This document shows, in pieces, positions 59,328-64,000 of a stretch of 64,000 nucleotides of DNA. Numbering within the stretch: position 1 is the stretch's first letter; each line of letters starts with the position of its first letter. Source of the DNA: Vitrella brassicaformis CCMP3155 (Eukaryota; Protista; Chromerida); the NCBI GenBank assembly GCA_001179505.1, contig CDMY01000474.1, forward strand, positions 1 to 64,000, in the 5' to 3' direction. The position numbers were made by a program, and so were the translations under genes. Below the pieces are notes generated by a model. The model ran no database searches. It worked only from the letters and a program-made list of their open reading frames with translations, and had not been told where the DNA came from.

Positions 59328-61138
59328 TCAGACGCTGGCATATCCATATCTGGTTGGGAAGGCCACATCGGGCGGCTGCATGCCCGCCCGACGCATCACA
59401 CTGCGCACGGTTGCAGCTAGGGTGTTGAGGACGGTGCCGACGATCTTGACCAGGAAGGACAGGAAGTCCTGCATCAGAGCCGGCACCTCTCGCCAAAACC
59501 TGCAGACACCAACATGACATCACACCGATGAGAAGGACGGATGGATGTGTCTGGAGGGTCTTCTGAGGGTGTGCCGCTTACTTGATGTGCGGCACCGCAT
59601 CCAGGCCTGAAGACAGCCAGACATAGGAAGGAAGACGGCAATGAACGAAACGCAGTGTGTGGTGATCTGTTTGTCGTCCGTTCCCCCACCTACCTTGCAT
59701 CTCATATAGCGAGACATTGATGTAAGTCCCGAATCCGATGTATAGGGCAAAGAGACATATCGCGCTGCACAAAGGAGGGAGAGGAGGACACACAACGTGA
59801 GATGACAACCGCCGCTGCATGTTCGTCTTGTCTGTCGGCTGCCTCACAAGAATACGAGGTGGCTGATAGACGACAGAATGCCCCCATGATGATGATGCCG
59901 GTGCATGTGCATGCCGTGCTGGTCATGGGTGGCGTCGCGCAGCTGCCGGTGCTGCTGCTGCTGGTCTCCCGTCTGCGGTGCGACAGGCAGCCCGACTGAC
60001 GGCTGCGACAGGCTCACCATCCCTGCAGGGCCATTCGGGGCTCCCTGCACACCTGGCGTCATCCGAATAAAGCAGCCTGGAATCGACAGATGGAGGGAGA
60101 GAGAGACCAGCAGTGGGTGTGTTAGGTGCGTGTTGGTGGCTTGGCTACCGTGTTGGGACTTGATTTTCAGCTCGTACATGCAGAATGACAGCTCCTCACA
60201 AGTGTGGAAAAGCGGCGTCGACGCGTTGGGGTCGCACTCGATGTGCACTGCCACCTGAACACACAACACACGTACAGCCGTACACACACGTCACGCGTGT
60301 CAGCGTCGCCTTGTGTTGCGTTTTCGGGCGCACGCACTTTTCTGGGCCCGCCGGTGGTCTCGCAGGTCTCGCCGCTGCTGTATTCCATACGAATGCCCTT
60401 GAGCGGATCATACGGATCTGATACACACAGATGCACGGAGAGGGAGAGAGATCTGGTGTGCGGGGCAGGTGCTGTGGTATTTGAACCCCGCACCCACCGA
60501 TGAGCTGTGTGGTGCCTGCGTCTTCGGTCTTGACGAGTACGGCCTGGCATGTCTGCTGCACAATGCCCACCGCACCCATCGCCTCCGTCAGCGGATTGAT
60601 CAGGAACTGGTTCACCGTCCCATCCTGCAGACAGACGACACACACGTGCGGCGAGCAGTGACATCAACCATCGGTGCTTTCTCCCCCTCTCTTCGCTGAC
60701 CGACCTTTCCATTGCATTTCTGGTGGACGGGTCTGCACATGTTCATCACGTAGCGATAGCTCTGGCGCTCACACGAAAAGTCCGGTGTGCTCGACGGCGC
60801 CAACAAAGACAGATCCCACCTGCAGACATCACATCCACACACAGACGCAGAACCTTGATTGGAGAGGACACGCCCAACTCTGCCATCCTTGCGTACATGT
60901 AAGTGTTGCCATCCTGTCCCACGATGTCGACGGCATGCAACTTCGCACAGTGGTCGTGTTGGTTGTGATAGCTGCTGTGATGTTGCCACCCGTGGTGGAG
61001 CGGATAGGACAGCTGACTCGCTGCCATCGCCATGCCCTCGCCAGCAGCGACATCCACAAGCGTCAAGAAAGCCAGGCTCCGCCACCACACGATGAATAGA
61101 AGCGCACGAGGGCGCGGCGCACCCGCCGCTACCAACAT
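59328..61138 (-). CDS. Type I membrane sorting receptor, cation-dependent M6PR/ATG27-like (MRH domain, TM, YxxPhi tail)
   Basis: Signal peptide. MRH-like WDLSLL...YRYVMNMCRPV...C, GIRMEYSSGETC, VHIECDP and CMYELKIKSQHGC. TM ...LFALYIGFG, tail G|LDAVPHIK|FWREVP, ending YGYASV*. Confidence 0.8.
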
Positions 61139-61275
61139 CTCTAGCGCTGCTGGATGAAACCGCGAAGATCAGCGCAATGGCATGCTGCGGAAGCGATGAA
61201 CCGAGGTGGATCTTACGACGGCAACGCGATGGAGAGAGCAGGTGGCAAGTCAGCAGGGCAAAATGTCGCCACAAG

Positions 61276-61348
61276 TGTCGCCTCCGTGGATCGAACACGG
61301 GACCTTCAGATCTTCAGTCTGACGCGCTCCCAACTACGCCAAAGCGAC
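61276..61348 (-). tRNA. trnF: tRNA-Phe (GAA)
   Basis: GTCGCTT-TG-GCGTAGTTGGGAGCGC-G-TCAGA-CTGAAGA-TCTGA-AGGTC-CCGTG-TTCGATC-CACGG-AGGCGAC-A forms a full cloverleaf with A and B boxes. A TTTT terminator lies about 13 nt downstream. Confidence 0.97.
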
Positions 61349-63213
61349 ATCTGCTCTTCCCTAGACCTCACTTTATATGTGCATGATGCGGAAAAGTAGC
61401 CCTTTCGCCGATGCGAACCGACGAAGATCCACCCACTCATGAGGCGTCGCGCAACGCAGCCCAGCTGAACGGCAACGCAGCAGAGAGCTCAGCCCGGCAC
61501 ACCGCGCTTCGCGAGACCTGGCCATCATGAGCGCAGCGATGACTGCACAGGTGAGGGCTGAAGTGCACACGAAGATCTGCACAGCGCCCATTGTGCACTC
61601 TGTGTCTGTTGCAGACGGCACCGGTGCCAGGCCCCGCCTGCTGTTTGGCGTATCGTGGAGGTGAGGAACCGGCACAGACACGTATCTTCAGTCGATGGTC
61701 CATGTTTGTTGGTGTCTTTGGCTGGTGGCGGATGGTGCGCCAGTCAGCTGTCGAGTGAATTGGCGCACCTTGTGCGTCCGGGGACGGCCATGACGCTGAT
61801 GCCAGAGATGATGTGCATTGCGTGTTTGCTCGGGAGAGAGGGGGAGAGAGATGTGTGACACACTGATCTATACATGTATGTGCTGTTGATTGATATCACA
61901 CTTGGTATCCGACCTTCACTTCGTGCGGACCTTTGACGTATGCCACTGAGTCCACTCGTGTATATGGCGACATATCGCAGACGTCTGTGCCTCACGTGCG
62001 TGGCGCAAGGGGGAGCTATGGATGGCCTACATGGAAGCACGTGTACGACCATCCATAGCTCCCTGTGTCCACACGGCCGTGAGGCACTGACTGTCCATGC
62101 ATACATGTACAAAACACCTGCTGATCCCCGGACTCTCTGCCTTCCTGCCTGGTTTGCGTCGTCTTCCTTCCAGTAGAAGAGCGTGCCGTGCATCATATAA
62201 GGATGCTTTGCACCGTCCTCCCTCCCTCCCTGCCTGCCTGCCTGCCTGCCTGCCATACGCACAAACGCATTCACGCACGTGTAGCTGGGATGTGTCAGCC
62301 ATACACACACAAGTGCCATGACAGAGAGAAAAGACAAGGACGTTCGTTTTCTGACACTTCACTGCGTGGCCCATGCATGACACAAGAGAGAAAACCGCTG
62401 CTGTACAATACAAAGAACAAAGTATGCACCATTCATGCACTGAGCAGTCCGACATGCACCTCCCTCTCCACCCCCCGGCCCTCCCCCTCTCACATAGTCT
62501 TCTTGACCGCCCGCAATCATTCTCCTATCCTCACCTCCCGCGCCGCTGCCTGCGGACGACCCTCTTGAGGTATCTCATGAGCAGGCGGATGGGCAGTGTG
62601 GTCGCACGGACGAGGCCCTCTCGCTCGTCGCTCCCATATGCATGTCTGCCCATTGGCAAGTGCTGTTCGCTCCTCGCTCGGGGCAGCTAATTACAGAACA
62701 GACTGGTCGGCTGTTGGAGAAGGTATGCTCGGCTGACAAACCGCGACAGACACCACACAGAAGAGAGCGCTCAGAGAAGCAACGCAGATGACGGCCCAGA
62801 TGAGCGGCCGAAAAAACGAGCTGGCCGCGCCGGAGCCGGTCTTCACGTACCGTCACGCCATTGTCTTGACGACGATTCCAGTCCGCAGGAAGACAAGAGG
62901 GGAAGGCGATAACAAGGGGGAAAGTGCATGCAGGTCGAGACTGTGTACGCGCACTCTAGGGTTTCGTAGCGATCTCTCAAACGGGCTGCGTACGGGACAC
63001 ATTTTCCAGCTGCATCCGGCTGTGTTTGTCTTCGCCACACATCGCAGGAGGCCAGCGGGTCCCCCTTGCATGAGTCCTTGACCCTCCCCTCCCCCATCGC
63101 ACCTCGGCAAGGACATCGCATTTGCTTCCCTCTTCCTCTCCCTCCGTTTTTCTGAAGCGTCGTTCGGCCCAAGCAGGTCTCCTCCCATCAGCAGCTGCCC
63201 TCACATCGCACCC

Positions 63214-64000
63214 ATGGCCAGCAGACTGCTCTTCGTGCTCGCCTGTCTCGCTCTCCGGGCGTCGTGTCAGCCAGCCAACATCACCGTGACCATCGCGTAC
63301 GGAGGCGATTTCGAGGGCTTCTGGTCCTTCCCTCTGCTTGCGTGGACGGCCAAGCTTGCGTGGGAGCGCGAAAGCCCTCTCATCCCCGCCCCTCCGGCAG
63401 CACGGGCCGGTCTGGCTGTCGACTTGGTGTTGGAGGATCTGAGGGGCGAGAGCAAGACGGCCGTCGACTTCGCCACGAGACACTTTGTGGGGTCGCGCTT
63501 CGATGAGGACATGCCCAAAGGTGAGTGCGGGGGAGGGGGGAGATAGTGTCGTGCATGCATGTACGTGATGGCCTCTGTGTGTTGCGTGTGGTTGTCAGTG
63601 TCTGCGGTTGTTTGCTGCCACCGTTCGTCCAACACCGTAGCTGTTGCGTCCCTGGGCACCCTCATGCAGGGTGTGCAGATCACCGACCTGTCCACGGCCA
63701 TCGACCGCTCCAACCCACTCCCATACTACAGCAACTTCCCCACACTCACCAACACCACTGCCACATTCCCGTACCTGTTCAGGTGCGTGTGCACATCGGA
63801 GAAAGCAAAGCTTGTCTCTTGACTGCTGCATGCACGTGTCGTGTGCCTATGTGTTGGTGTTGCAGGACCGTTCCCGGCACACAGAGCACAGGAGAGCGAT
63901 GCCGACTCCTGCGCGGGTACACAACACCTCCCCCCACACCCACGCCCACACAGCCACACACAGAGGAACGTTCACTCCCAGTCCCAGCTCATTCTCTCTC
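63214..64000 (+). CDS. Secreted/membrane protein with a periplasmic-binding-protein type 1 (ANF-receptor/class C GPCR-like) ectodomain; truncated by the window end
   Basis: Signal peptide MASRLLFVLACLALRASC. The spliced LTNTTATFPYLFR|TVPGTQ matches the L.d...yPyffRtvP motif of ANF-receptor ligand-binding domains. Confidence 0.65.

Noticed and set aside
61373-61600. Short minus-strand ORF with a hydrophobic N-terminus (MGAVQIFVCTSALTCAVIAALMM...)
   Set aside because: Single short ORF without introns or family motifs; it may be chance or UTR.
1-64000. CRISPR arrays, prokaryotic operons or defence systems, rRNA, intact transposons
   Set aside because: There are no regularly spaced repeat-spacer arrays and no RT, integrase or transposase motifs. 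The repeats are microsatellites or paralog fragments, and the gene structure is spliceosomal.

Overview
This is eukaryotic nuclear DNA, not a prokaryotic window. It is GC-rich and gene-dense, with many short (mostly about 60-110 nt) GT-AG introns full of (GT)n/(CA)n/(GGAT)n microsatellites. Many proteins carry signal peptide plus transit peptide leaders typical of secondary plastids. This best fits a chromerid alga such as Vitrella brassicaformis (inference). By splicing exons by hand I reconstructed about 25 protein genes, one tRNA-Phe(GAA) and several decayed loci. Recognisable genes: DUF1995/LPA3-like protein, oligopeptidase B, TraB/GumN(TIKI)-like protein, kinesin-3-type motor, cytochrome c6A, PfkB kinase, LRR protein, creatininase-family amidohydrolase, nuclear AtpF, histidine phosphatase, ABHD11-like hydrolase, hemolysin-III/PAQR protein, TMEM208/SND2, an M6PR/ATG27-like receptor and a partial ANF-receptor-type ligand-binding protein. 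The most unusual items are: (1) a plastid-targeted RRM + Mut7-C nuclease/zinc-ribbon fusion, visible only after splicing and head-to-head with a nuclear atpF carrying a long C-terminal extension; (2) a decayed otubain deubiquitinase + RING fusion; (3) a three-copy modular gene family ('YRPNIARL' module, kinase lobes) whose copies are broken by dinucleotide slippage or a stop codon; (4) a secreted TraB/TIKI homolog that appears to have lost its metal-binding histidines; (5) short head-to-head gene pairs whose partners often share a targeting class. All family assignments come from motif recognition by eye; no database searches were run.
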